In this document: piece by piece, positions 21,230-32,350 of the stretch | Position numbering within the stretch: position 1 is the first letter of the stretch | How the letters are laid out: every line of letters starts with the position of its first letter | The notes under the pieces: model-generated | Databases searched by the model: none | The model's input: only the letters and a program-made list of their open reading frames with translations | Told to the model about the DNA's origin: nothing | NCBI GenBank assembly: GCA_000934665.2 | Contig: KZ538779.1 | Coordinates: 1-47,832 of the forward strand | Reading direction: 5' to 3' | Source of the DNA: Catajapyx aquilonaris | Lineage: Eukaryota | Length of the DNA stretch: 47,832 nucleotides | Translations under genes and position numbers: made by a program

Positions 21230-24200
21230 ATCAAGACAGCATGTATATTCTTATCATGGTTATTAGGCCAGGACATCAAACTTTATGGAATGGCAATGAC
21301 CCCAGTTAAATATTAAAGAACGATCGGGGTCTAGACATGAAGTGTTCGCATTAGGCATTTAACAAGGAGTTGAAATAAGTATGTTCAGTGCAGTGTCCTG
21401 AATATCTCACCGACACTGTATTCTGTCCGACGAAAAGCATCCGCACTTTTAGTGCCGTTTGTTATTTCTAATTCGTGAACTAGGAGAAACTCTGGATTAT
21501 GTTTCTTCACCCAATTTGCGCCAATTAGCTGATGGAAGTGGAGGAAATGAGAACCGAAACAAGACTTTTGCAAAGAAGCTGCTTTTAGCGAGTGTTCCAA
21601 TCCTGAGTAATGATTTTAGAGGTTGCCGTAGGGAGCATTTGGAAGAAGCTGAGGTTGTAAAGAAGAAGAAAAAGAAGAAAGAGAACTCTTTTTCCGCACT
21701 GAATTACTTGCATGTAGGTGGGTTTTTTTTGTTTGAAGAGTTGGAATTAAGACATTAAAAATATCCGTCTTGCATCAGCAGAATATTTACCAACATTTGG
21801 GAAACATCCTTTTCAATTCTCACCAACTTATAAGTAGAAGGGAGATTAATTACTTTCCAAAGAATTGTCTAATAATATTGTAGCAGGTAAAGAAAAACAT
21901 GTGTGAAAGAGATAGTGGCAACTGGCAAAGAAGTGGAGGAAAAAAACTCCATTTTTTTGGAAGATGTTTCGGGTGTTGGAAGGAGGCTACATCCGGAAGG
22001 TCTGGCAAAGGGAGAAGGGCTTAGAACAACAGTAAGGTCTAATCAAGTGGGCCTCCCTCTTCCCATTTGCCCTCAAACTCCATTACGCCAAATGGAGTTC
22101 GGACGGGAAATGGAACAGGCCAGCACAATCGCTGACTACCTTCCGAGAGAAAAGGAGCTCCGGAAAATACTGGCCACAAAAGTCTGCATAGGCGCGTCCA
22201 GTAGCCTTGGGTTTCATTTGTCACGTAATTGCCAATCAGAACTTCGGGGGTTCTGAGACGTTTAACGGTCTTTGGAATGAAGTCGAACATTATTAACCCT
22301 TCTGATCTGCCAGTAGTAAATGTGCATAAGCTGCATTTACTGTTAGTGTTTTAAAAAATTAAAATTGGCCAGATTTGTCTACTCAAATATGAATTTATAC
22401 CGCAGATATTTGAGATAATGCGCAAGTTGAATAGTGAACAAGAATGTTTAATGATAACTCGAAGGAATTTCTGAGAGACGGAATTATAGGAAAAGTAAGA
22501 TGAAAGAAAGTCGAGGAGGCGGGCACCCATTAGGGGTAATGGAAAGCCATTTTAGAAATTGCTCGGAAGGAAATCTTCTCTGTTCTTATGCAAACTGAAC
22601 CGGATTGCAGGCTTTTTTAAAGCAGTTAACAAGCTTTGACGAAGTTATTTCCTAGAGAACATCAAAAGCCTCGATTGTTATTTGTCAAGTGTTGCAATAC
22701 TCTGTGAACATATATGCCAGGGAATTGGTGATCATATCATTCTGAAATATATTATCCTGCATTATCAGTGATTGATATACGGTATGCATGAGAATCATTA
22801 AAATTATTGCAAACTATTTAAAGTGCCTATAAATTTTTTGTGAGGTATTAACATACGACCCAAGTTTTGTAGCAAAGAGTGGTCTATTGTGTAATGTAGT
22901 TTTTATTGAGTAAAGTATTTTATCTGCCATTCTCTCTTGTGCCTCGAAATAGCCAACATCTACCAGCAAGATTACGGTTACTTCGATGGTAATACGCTGT
23001 GTGGGCCATAATCGCGGTTATGAATAGCGATGTTATCGCACTTTGAGACCCAAGTTCCTTTTGTTTTCTTCCCAGCCAAAATATTACTGGCCAGTTTTAG
23101 CGTACAGGGAGGCCAGCCTTGAGTTATTCCGTAATGACTTTGCCTGTGGCTCCGCAAGGAACCAAACACCGTCGAGGTGAAAGAGGTTGGAAATGGGAAT
23201 TTAATTAAGGCCCAGCCCCGATTTTAATAAGGGAGGCGCACATTCTGCAGAAAACCCTAGTGGCCGTCCTCTGCTGTGCTAGCCCTGGACAATAATCCGG
23301 TGAACTGGGAACCATACGTCATCTAGGAAAACCCAATTTGCCTTTCAGCATTACACTGTCCTGAAATCACATCATATTAAAAATTATAATCATAAAAAGG
23401 CGAACAATTTCTTTTTATTTAATCAGACGTGTACAGCACCTGCAACAGTTTGTAATAGTAGCAGGTTTCTGTGGCTAATATTAACTCTGGAGGTAAAAGT
23501 GCTCACCTTTATCAATGCAGAGTAAATTTTGCAAAATTAGAGTTCAGAGCTCTGGTGGTCAGATTTGAGGCGTGGCAACTCTGCACGTAAGGTCCTATTT
23601 GGGACAGGAATTATAGGAAAAGCACTTCCGCTTGGTGCAAAACCTTTAAAAAAAAGTAGCCATTACCATGCTACTGTGGTTAAAATTCGATTAAGAGGAA
23701 CCCATGATTCTCTCGGTACATTCACCTCTATATGGATGTTTTAAACCTAAAGAGTGGATTCATATATGCTTCTGGGTCAGGTAGGCTACTGTACAGTACA
23801 GGTATAGCCAGACTAGCATGATTAAAGTTATGGTCGAACATTGAGTTTTAAAATTGTATAAATATTTCTGTTTGATTCGAAACAAGATAGCGGAACGTAA
23901 CTTTTCCATTGCGGCAGCAGTGTGAGTGTTGAAAGGAAATTCTGGGGGAAATTGAAAAGTGAGCTTTGAGATAGGCAAGGGTAATAGACTCCGGCATGGC
24001 ATGCCTGCTGGTGATTTTGCGGGAGGAAAGGGAGTTTTCTTGGCTGCGAGTGGATGAGGTGGAAAGCCCTTTGACTGTATCCCGGCGTGAATCAGAAGGC
24101 CGATCTTCTAAGGGGGTAGGGGAGAGGGGGGGGGGGGTATATGGCAATCGCCCCCTTTTCCTTGATGGAACTGCTTCACTTATTCATCCGCTGCTGATTT

Positions 24201-25600
24201 CAAATCGAGCCTTTTTTCTTCTCTTCAGGAGGCACCTGATGAAAGATTTAACGGAGGCCAAAGGAACGGTCAAAGCTCTTATCCCTCCATTTCGTATCCT
24301 TTTTTTTAAAAAAAAACTTCGCTTCAGTAGGCATGACCTGTCATGTCGAATTTAATGCTGACTGCAGCACGTGCTGGTCTGAAGGCCATGTGAAATTGGG
24401 CATGAAGTGAGAATTGGCTGATTGTTAGTCCAACATGCATTTTGTGATAATTGACCGGTAGTGAGCTGTAATAACAAGATCTTTCAAACTGAAAAATATT
24501 TCAGCCAAGATGTGTAAATACGAAAGAAAACTTTGCGCAGTATTTTTAAAACGTACTGTCAAACAATCATGTCATGTACTGTTCGATGTGTTGCAATCAC
24601 GAATTTTACCATATGTCACAACAAGTTTGTTTTCTGGTGGCGATCCCTGGAGGTGACATTCTCTGCAGGCGTCCCTGCAAACCTGTAAATAAATTCGTAA
24701 GTTTTCACCTAAGGGAATCTTTAGTTTCGGTGTCTGCTTGTCTGGGATCGAAAGCCACAGTTGAAGGCGCCGACATCAAACTTCGCTTGGGAGCAGTCGG
24801 GGTATAGAAAAGAGCCCTGGGGACCTAGCGGTGGTCCAACTGGACATTTTATACCCATTTTGGTGCCCATTCTTCCTTATGAATTAGGGTCTTGTTACCT
24901 AGCAACGGGATGGGGAGACACACAAGGAGGTTTGGCTTCAATGTCGGTCAACGATTGCATTGTACTATACAGTTGGGTTCACTATGTAACTCATGGTACA
25001 CTATACCAACTCCTTGTTCTGCTCGAGTTGCCTGAAAAAAAGCAGTTTCAGGATTCCCCTCCTCCTATATTTGAATAGGTAAAATATTTTGGTTGGAATG
25101 TGCGTTTGAAGGCTGAGAGGAAGAAATGTAGTGGTAAGAAGCAGAGAGGCGATGCCTACAACTTCTGCTTTATATTCAAGTTGGGAAGATTGCCAATTCC
25201 ACCGTTTTCTTCCCCCAAAGGAGCAGGAGCGAGACCTCTCTCCTTCTTCCTTTTTTATATATATCTCGCCATGGCTCTTCCTACATAAGAAAGTAAAGCT
25301 CTTCTCCATTTACATCTTCTCTACTGACCTCACAACCACTGAAACCTTTGTTCGTTTCTCAGTTTGAGTGCCGAAGACCGCATTTTCTGAGGAGATTGTA
25401 AGACAATATAACTTGTTCCAAGTCAGGGTCGATTCGCACTCTCCTTATTCGGTGGGGTTGTAAAGTATGTAATGACCATTCCTCAGGGAGGGAAAGTCGA
25501 TCAGTGCAACTTTTCTTACGCCCACGTGGGTATGGGGGTCTGACCCAGGTGCAGCAGTGCATGGCCTGTACTGTGCATGAAACGGAAGTGCAGCACACAG
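21230..25600 (-). mobile_element. Decayed, interrupted L1-clade element (ORF1-like, endonuclease, RT, post-RT)
   Basis: Read on the minus strand in order: LAIFPT near 25190 (ORF1 I.IFPD-like); DTVKG…SQENSLSS near 24030-24085 (EN D.WR..HP..REYSF-like); IEAFDVL and EQFLKWL…NGCPPP near 22510-22680 (RT EKAFD and QGCPLSP-like); SLQKSCFGSHFLHFHQL…VKK near 21500-21580. Confidence 0.5.
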
Positions 25601-26162
25601 AGTAATGTTAGGATAAAAATGAAAGATTAAATATTAATATTAATACATTCAGTGCGGTAAAGCGTGAGCGCAAACTAATTGCCATTTCGAAAGCCCATCA
25701 TTAGTGTACATTCCACGTCATCTAATTACTCGTATTCAGGTAACGAACCTTTACTGTGGTGTCCCATTTTGTGCTTTTTTTCACTTGCTTCGAGGCTAAA
25801 TTAGCCTTACAGTACAACCTACTATACAGTCCAATATTCCGGAGTACTAGGCACGTGGAAACCATATTGATCAAAAAACTAGCCTGATGAATGATTTTGA
25901 GATTCAAGCGGCGAGTGCTGCTCCCGGTAATGATTTCAGCTTCCTTTATTTGACTCCAGAACATCCTTCAAATGTGGTTTGAGTTCAACTACACCTGACT
26001 TCTACAGTGCATTGTTAAAGACAGGGCTTTAAAATGGAACAAAAATTCTTGTATTAATAATATCTCACAGTTTATGCAAGTTTATTATCATTCATTCATA
26101 TGTACATTCATCATAATATATTTACATACACGGGAAAAATTAAAACATTAACAGTACAGGTA

Positions 26163-26236
26163 CAGGGTTCTACTTACGTGTACCTTTTAGATATTTATGC
26201 ATAAATATCTAAAAGGTACATGGAAGTAGAACCCTG
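26163..26236. repeat. 74-bp spacerless palindrome
   Basis: cagggttctacttacgtgtaccttttagatatttatg|cataaatatctaaaaggtacatggaagtagaaccctg. 35 of 37 arm positions are complementary. Centre at 26199/26200. Confidence 0.97.
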
Positions 26237-26269
26237 CTGCACCATGGTCTTACAATGATAAAAACTCCT

Positions 26270-26700
26270 TGGAGTTTTTATCATTGTAAGACCATTTTAA
26301 ATAAAAGGAGTATTTTCAACACCTGTTGTGTGTTCTGCGTATATCTGCAGTCACACTTCTTGATCTCTTTGTGCAATCGTACAAGTGAGTGGGTGGTGGG
26401 AGGAGGTTGGAAACTTGCTCTCTTAATTCACTTGGACACTTACACGACACCCAGTTGTAGCCAGCTCGCAGACTCGTAATTCACATGAGGCCTTCGGTGT
26501 CCAGCTGACAAGATCGTGTTCTACGAATAATTAGATGCCGTATAGTCTGGCCAAATTAGACATCGAATTAGTTTCCATAATGTTACGGGGAATTTTCGCA
26601 TCCCTACTGGTCTGGTACAGGTGAAGATGGGAAATTTAGAACGATCGGAGTCACCTGTGGATGATTTCGAGATATGGTGACTATTATATTGTGTAGGTTT
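26270..26700 (+). mobile_element. Possible RTE-clade LINE C-terminal fragment
   Basis: KRSIFNTCCVFCVYL (resembles K.RIFNT.V.SVLLY), then VLRIIRCRIVWPN*TSN near 26520-26570 (resembles CLRRILGI.WP..ISN). Confidence 0.3.
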
Positions 26701-28429
26701 AAACGAAGATTAGTAAGTTTAAAGCGTTACCACCTGTTTAAAGGAAAACAACATCAGGGCCATGTTCACTTGATGCGATTGCAGCTTCTATAAAAACCTA
26801 CTGTTAGAATGAACAATGCATAACTTTTGCACCGACTCTACTCTCGAAATGGGCACTGTGTCAGTAGCCTACTGTACCATATGCTGTACTGTATATAATC
26901 GGCTTAAAAGTTTAGTCGTAATATAATGCACCAAAAATTATATTTCCCTTCAAGACTTTGATGCTCCTTATGCCGCGATTCATACCCTTAACATTTCTGT
27001 ACTGTACCTCTTTCATCACATTGTGGATGCTTCAAAGCACAAGTAGTCCTATATACGCAGAGAACAGTATACCACCCACAGGCAATCTCTGCAGTGCATA
27101 ATTATGTTATGCTGACGCCTACACGCCTCTCTACGTAAACCATGGCAGAAATAAACGCCCACGAGAGATGTCAAGAAAAAGTGTTCTTCTAGAAAAAGTG
27201 TTGCCAAGAAATAAATAATACAATATTTCCGGACTACCGAGGCGTATGTAGGCGAGTGAATATTTTACGTAGGGCTTATTCCTAGACTATTTTGAAAACA
27301 AAATCATAATTTATTTGTCTACTTATCACTTTTTTCTCATCAACCGGTGCAGTGGTACGGTTGTGGCTACATTTACCAACTGAAAGCATACGCTACTATG
27401 AAAATCACAACGTAAACATAACCTCATATTCCCCCAACGAGAAAAATGCTTTTAAAAACGATTGCCTTTACACTTGAACAGTAGTCTACATTGCACATAA
27501 AATTGCGAATATACACCCTTAGGAAGCACAGCAGTTGCTGTCCATCTGCTGGTAGTAACGTCACATGGAACATACAAAGCATTTTTAGGCCAGACATTTT
27601 TATTTCATGTTTACAAGACAAAGATTGTAAGCCCCCACCCCCATGCTCTTGTCACGCAGAGACTTAAAGTATCAGTCAGAAGCCTTTCATGTCATCCTGG
27701 TGAATGTTGGAAATGTCAGTATAACAAGGACAAACGCTGCAAGTTGCAAGAACGGGAGGCATTAGCAAGCTTCCAGGCCAGCTTCACGTGAGGTGCAATA
27801 CATCATGGTCAAAACTTTTGTTATCTTTTTTCTCTCTCTCTCTCTCTGCCCCTCACCCCACGGCTCTCAGAGTATAATGGCATCCAAACCGGATCCGACA
27901 CAAGTCCAACAACCGGATCCATTGTCGCCCGGTATGGCTGGGCATCATCATCTTCTGACCCTTTCCATTTACAAAAATGGGCCTTAAGAAAATAAACTGT
28001 GCGGCACGCTCTGGCTCATAAAAATGTCCAGAGGAAGATGTGTGAGATACACTGTAATGTAATAATGGATGATTAAGAGCTAGGCTGGCTTTTTAACTGC
28101 TGGTTTTTAAACACGTCGATGACATGATCTTGTCAATATGTGAGGTTCAGCAGATGGCTCTTTCATGCCGCAGAGTTTATGCGGCACATAGTGTTGACAC
28201 AACTGAGAAGAATGGTGTTGATTCAGTCTGATGTAGTCCCACGTGACACGAGAAGGTAGGATTTGTTATGACAGAGGTTTTTGAAGGATTTTTGTTTGAG
28301 GGTACGGGTTACAGGGTGTCATTTTTTGGGGGGCTTTGAACAGTGCTATTGCGCGCAGTCGCCATGTTTGGATTTTAATAGGCTCAGCTTTCGGATTCCG
28401 TTAGGGGAATACAGCCGCATATAGCTTGC

Positions 28430-28900
28430 ATCAATAACCAGCCACGGGTATGTAGCACAGGCCAATTATCAATTTGATTGCATGAAGTGGATGGGGAGTT
28501 TTATGAAGAGAGAGCGTCTGTGATGCTAATGGATGTCGATTTTGGTCTTTCAGGGTGGGCTACAAAGGGATTTGGAGCTCTTGTAATGGCCGCGTCACAT
28601 GATAGCAGTCCGGATATTTTACTGTTGGGGGCAAAAATAGCGGGGTCGGCTGGTGCTGTATGCCGTTAGTTTCACTCGTCATTTTCCTGTGGTGGTGGCC
28701 TGTGGGTAAATCCGCCAGTGTTGTTTTAATAAACAGGAAGGAGGGACCAGGAATTGCTTTTGCCATGTGGGCATTTAACCACGGCCAGCTACCACCATTT
28801 TTAAATCTCAGCTTTGATAACATTTCGAGTTTAAACAGTGGATTTTTAAATTATGATTATATTGGACATCGAGTGATTGATACGTTGCGTAGGATTGTAG
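28430..28900 (-). mobile_element. Possible LINE RT N-terminal fragment
   Basis: LSKLRFKNGGSWPW (resembles I..LKNGK.PG), followed by LKDQNRHPLAS. Weak. Confidence 0.25.
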
Positions 28901-31587
28901 TGGCTGAGTAACACATAGTTTCAGTATAAAACCCAATGGGTAAGTTACCTCCTTGTTCAACTCAATATTAATATGGTATGATACTATGTGTTCATGTGCA
29001 GGAGGCATGCCAATCTGCAATATTTAAAATGTATGCAATAACTCGGGACAAAGTGGTATAATTTTGTACTGGCAAATCCCGCACTTTATTCCAAGGGCGG
29101 ATTGTTTGTGAAATCATGTGCAACCTTATAAATAATAAGTAAATAATTTGAAATATTAACAATGTAAACGTTTTAAATCGATATCGGCGGCTCTTCCAAT
29201 GTGAACATTATGGCTTAGTAGCGGTGAGTTAGCAACAAATAGTAGTCCTTCGAATGAGCCCGAAATGGCTCCCTGTTCAACACACAGCCCATCCTTTCCC
29301 ACTAATAATCTTCAAGGGGGTCATTAATTTCTTCCCACCTAACTCTAATTTTGCAGCTTACACGCGATTAGGTTTTATGCGAGGAGAAGTGTAATCATGG
29401 ATAGTGTTTCGCAGGCTTACCACACTATTACATGGTGTACCTGAAGCGTGAAAAAAAGTCGGATAAAAATCCGCTGCAATCCCGTCCCACGCATTCCATC
29501 CATTGAATCAAGCCTCATTGTTGTGCAGCACCCCCAATGCCGTTTATAATCCACTTTGAACAAAGCCTATATGCTGCAGGGTGAGATGTTGTGCAGCGCT
29601 GACATTAACAAATCCCTGTTAATCAAACCTACACCTACTACACGCACACCATTCACCCATTACCACTCCTGCGCCCCAGCTCCCTTGCAATATTCATGTC
29701 CCTTGCCAGCCAAAATGGCGTATATTTTCCCCCAGAAAATCAGGAAAAAGATGGATGTGAGGTGGATCGTGAGTTAATAATTACTTGAGACAGTATAAGC
29801 CCAGAAGGAGCCCTAATTCAATCGGATCACGTTGTATGAATATGAAATGGATCCGTATTCCCTCCTCAGCGGTCACTTCCCAGGCCTATCATTAGCATGC
29901 ACAATGAGGAAGCTACGTGACTGCCACTGCCTCTGTGCTGATAGTCACCTGTCGATAAATGAAGTGCCACAGGCCAGACCGACACACCACCGCCAAACAT
30001 CAATGTTTGCCAGGGCATTACTGAGACTATATAGAGAGGTCGGGGGAGGGGGGAGAGGCTGCCTGTGTATAGCTTATGTGTGTGGCATGCTGGGCTGTAC
30101 AGGTAGCAATTTGTTCCTCGCATCAAGAGGCTTGTTACGATTACGTAATATGCACTTTGACCGTTCACCCTTGTCATTCTCGATAACGCTACGGGCAGGA
30201 CCCTTCGATTGTTTCGCACGTGTTTTGTCATATTTTAAATAATGTGTGTGTATTGGATTTCGTGCGATAACATAGTAGCCTACAGTGTCATGTAAGAACA
30301 GATGGTAATGACTAAGGGCGTAACCTCCATCATTGCTGCTACTGCGTAATTTGTAGACCAAAAGAGTTAGTCCGAATTAAGGCCTTGCATGAACATTACT
30401 TCAGATTGCAACGTTTTACTGGTAAATTGCATAATATTTTGTTCAATTTAAGGGAAAGCCAGAATTGGTTATTGCCTTATTTGTGACGGTTAGATGAGCA
30501 TAATATCCACACACGGAAGGTTAGTAATGCTGCATATTGGCTGGGTTGTGCGCATTATACGCTTCCACGGTTTGTTACCGACGAAAATATCCACTCTAGC
30601 CCAATTGACTGCCAATTTGACGGCATTCCGTTCAGGAAACACTTACACGCTTATGATGGTGCAGGATTATTGTGCACCATGAACACGGGTGTTCCTGTTC
30701 GACTATGCTCATACTGATAAAGGTTAGACTATAGAGTAAACGGATCTGCAAGTAACTCGGGTATCTCTCCTTGAGATTCCTCGAGATTCTCTGCTTTCTT
30801 ACACAGATTCACACTACAAATCTTGCGGCACTGCAGCTCAATTCCTTACGAATCTTTCCACCCAAAAACCCGCGTCTTGAACCACCCCCCTCCCAAAAGG
30901 TCAAGGGTCCATATTGACCTAACCCTCGACCTCCACCCTCCATCAATTCATACGAAAGAATCGCATATACCTGGAAGGTCCCCACCTCCCACACACCCCA
31001 CGCACCTCACCCAAGGCATGATGTGGGCACCGGAAGCCACCCCCTCCGCCCCCATTGATATATATGCGTGGGTTCGAAATGCCAAACGGTCTGGGGGCGG
31101 AAGGATGATGGCTCCGGGAGCGTGGGCACTTTTTTCTCTCTAAAATCCGGGGAAGTTGTACCGTACTATGTAATGCGCGCGCCTGTGCGTGGGCTTGCAA
31201 TATATGGGCCACAGGCTCCCCAACCTTTCGGTAGGTAGTAGCGGAGCAGGGGCTGCGCTGCATGCGCTGTGTGAACCCACCCTGGGCACCCCCCAAAATA
31301 CTGCACCCACTCCCACAACCCCCTCCCGCCATCGCTTTCTTCCTGAGGTTCCCGGCTTCAAAAACTGCAACGCCTTCAGTCGGCTGCCGGAGTGCCTAGC
31401 TCACTGTCGCTCTTTCCTGCTCGCGGGTACAGTGTGGTGATGTGACCTATGGATTTCAGGAGGATCCTGCCAGGTAGGTCAAGGCCATTCTGACGCTCTT
31501 ACCTGTCTGATCTAACACCTGACCGACCGCATTTTTCCGGACATGCGCATTCCGATATTTAGGGCGGGACTAGGTTTGTGTGGACTT

Positions 31588-31738
31588 ATCAATACACTAT
31601 TGCGCTAGAGAGCCAGAAACAATCAGATCTCACCACTTTTGACGGCCAAGCAGTCAGGAGAACTTGGCCTTTTTTTTACAGAAAGGTTTTTGGTGGGATC
31701 AATAGGCCTACACTATTGCGCTAGAGAGCTAGAAACAA
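31588..31738 (+). repeat. Direct repeat pair of ~35 bp
   Basis: atcaata------cactattgcgctagagagccagaaacaa (31588-31622) versus atcaataggcctacactattgcgctagagagctagaaacaa (31698-31738). Confidence 0.95.
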
Positions 31739-31899
31739 CCACAGAAACATCAAAATTGTTAAAAAAAAGAATACGTAGAATCAAACTATGCGACAAATCA
31801 CTAACAACACTGTCACCTGGGATACCCGCCACAGTGTTGCACACGGATGCTTAATTACCAAGTTAATTACATAATTTGCAGGGGTTGCACCTGCAGAGT

Positions 31900-32350
31900 G
31901 TGTTGAGAAAATATGTGGAGTAGAGTTCCCGCGAAAGTGGAGACGGGTTTGAGTCCGGGCCGGATGTCAGGGTCATGCCACCCTCCCATAACCCGGACGG
32001 GACCTCCATGACACCAGGGGACATGCCATTTGGCTATAATTTTTGAGGCGGTGGCACGCGACATGGGGATAACGTCACGCGTCATTCCGCGTCTGAATCG
32101 TTGGGTTTGGAGCGCGATGCGGTCCTTTGCGGTTGGGGATGCTTGTCTGTCATTCATCCCAACCGAGTATAGGTCACCCCAGGGTCGCACCTGGGTTTTT
32201 GTCGCACCCCTGCAGAGCGGTATCGAATTTTGCTATCTGATCGGGGGGTGTATGGTGTCGCCGCTTGACGGGGTTCGGATCGCCTCAAGGTGACCGTGCG
32301 ATGGACATACGACATGAGGGAGGTTGTACGAGCATGCCGGAGGGTGTACG
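31900..32350 (-). mobile_element. Decayed Gypsy/Ty3 integrase C-terminal fragment
   Basis: AATPYTPRSDSKI (resembles TTPYHPQSDG), then downstream QRFRRGMTRDVIPMSRATASKIIAKWHVPW (resembles the GPY/F module R.F..GD.V...P....KL.AKW.GPY). The motif order is correct. Confidence 0.5.

Noticed and set aside
20320..23400. Convergent L1 pieces as one twin-primed 5'-inverted insertion
   Set aside because: Both pieces appear to cover the same post-RT part of ORF2, which favours two independent insertions.
28310..28335. TACAGGGTGTC mariner-type terminus (similar fragments near 5941, 10841 and 41035)
   Set aside because: Only ~10-15 bp of similarity and no matching partner TIR could be found.
31588..31738. 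CRISPR-like repeat-spacer unit
   Set aside because: Only two copies, a ~75-bp spacer, eukaryotic context and no cas genes.
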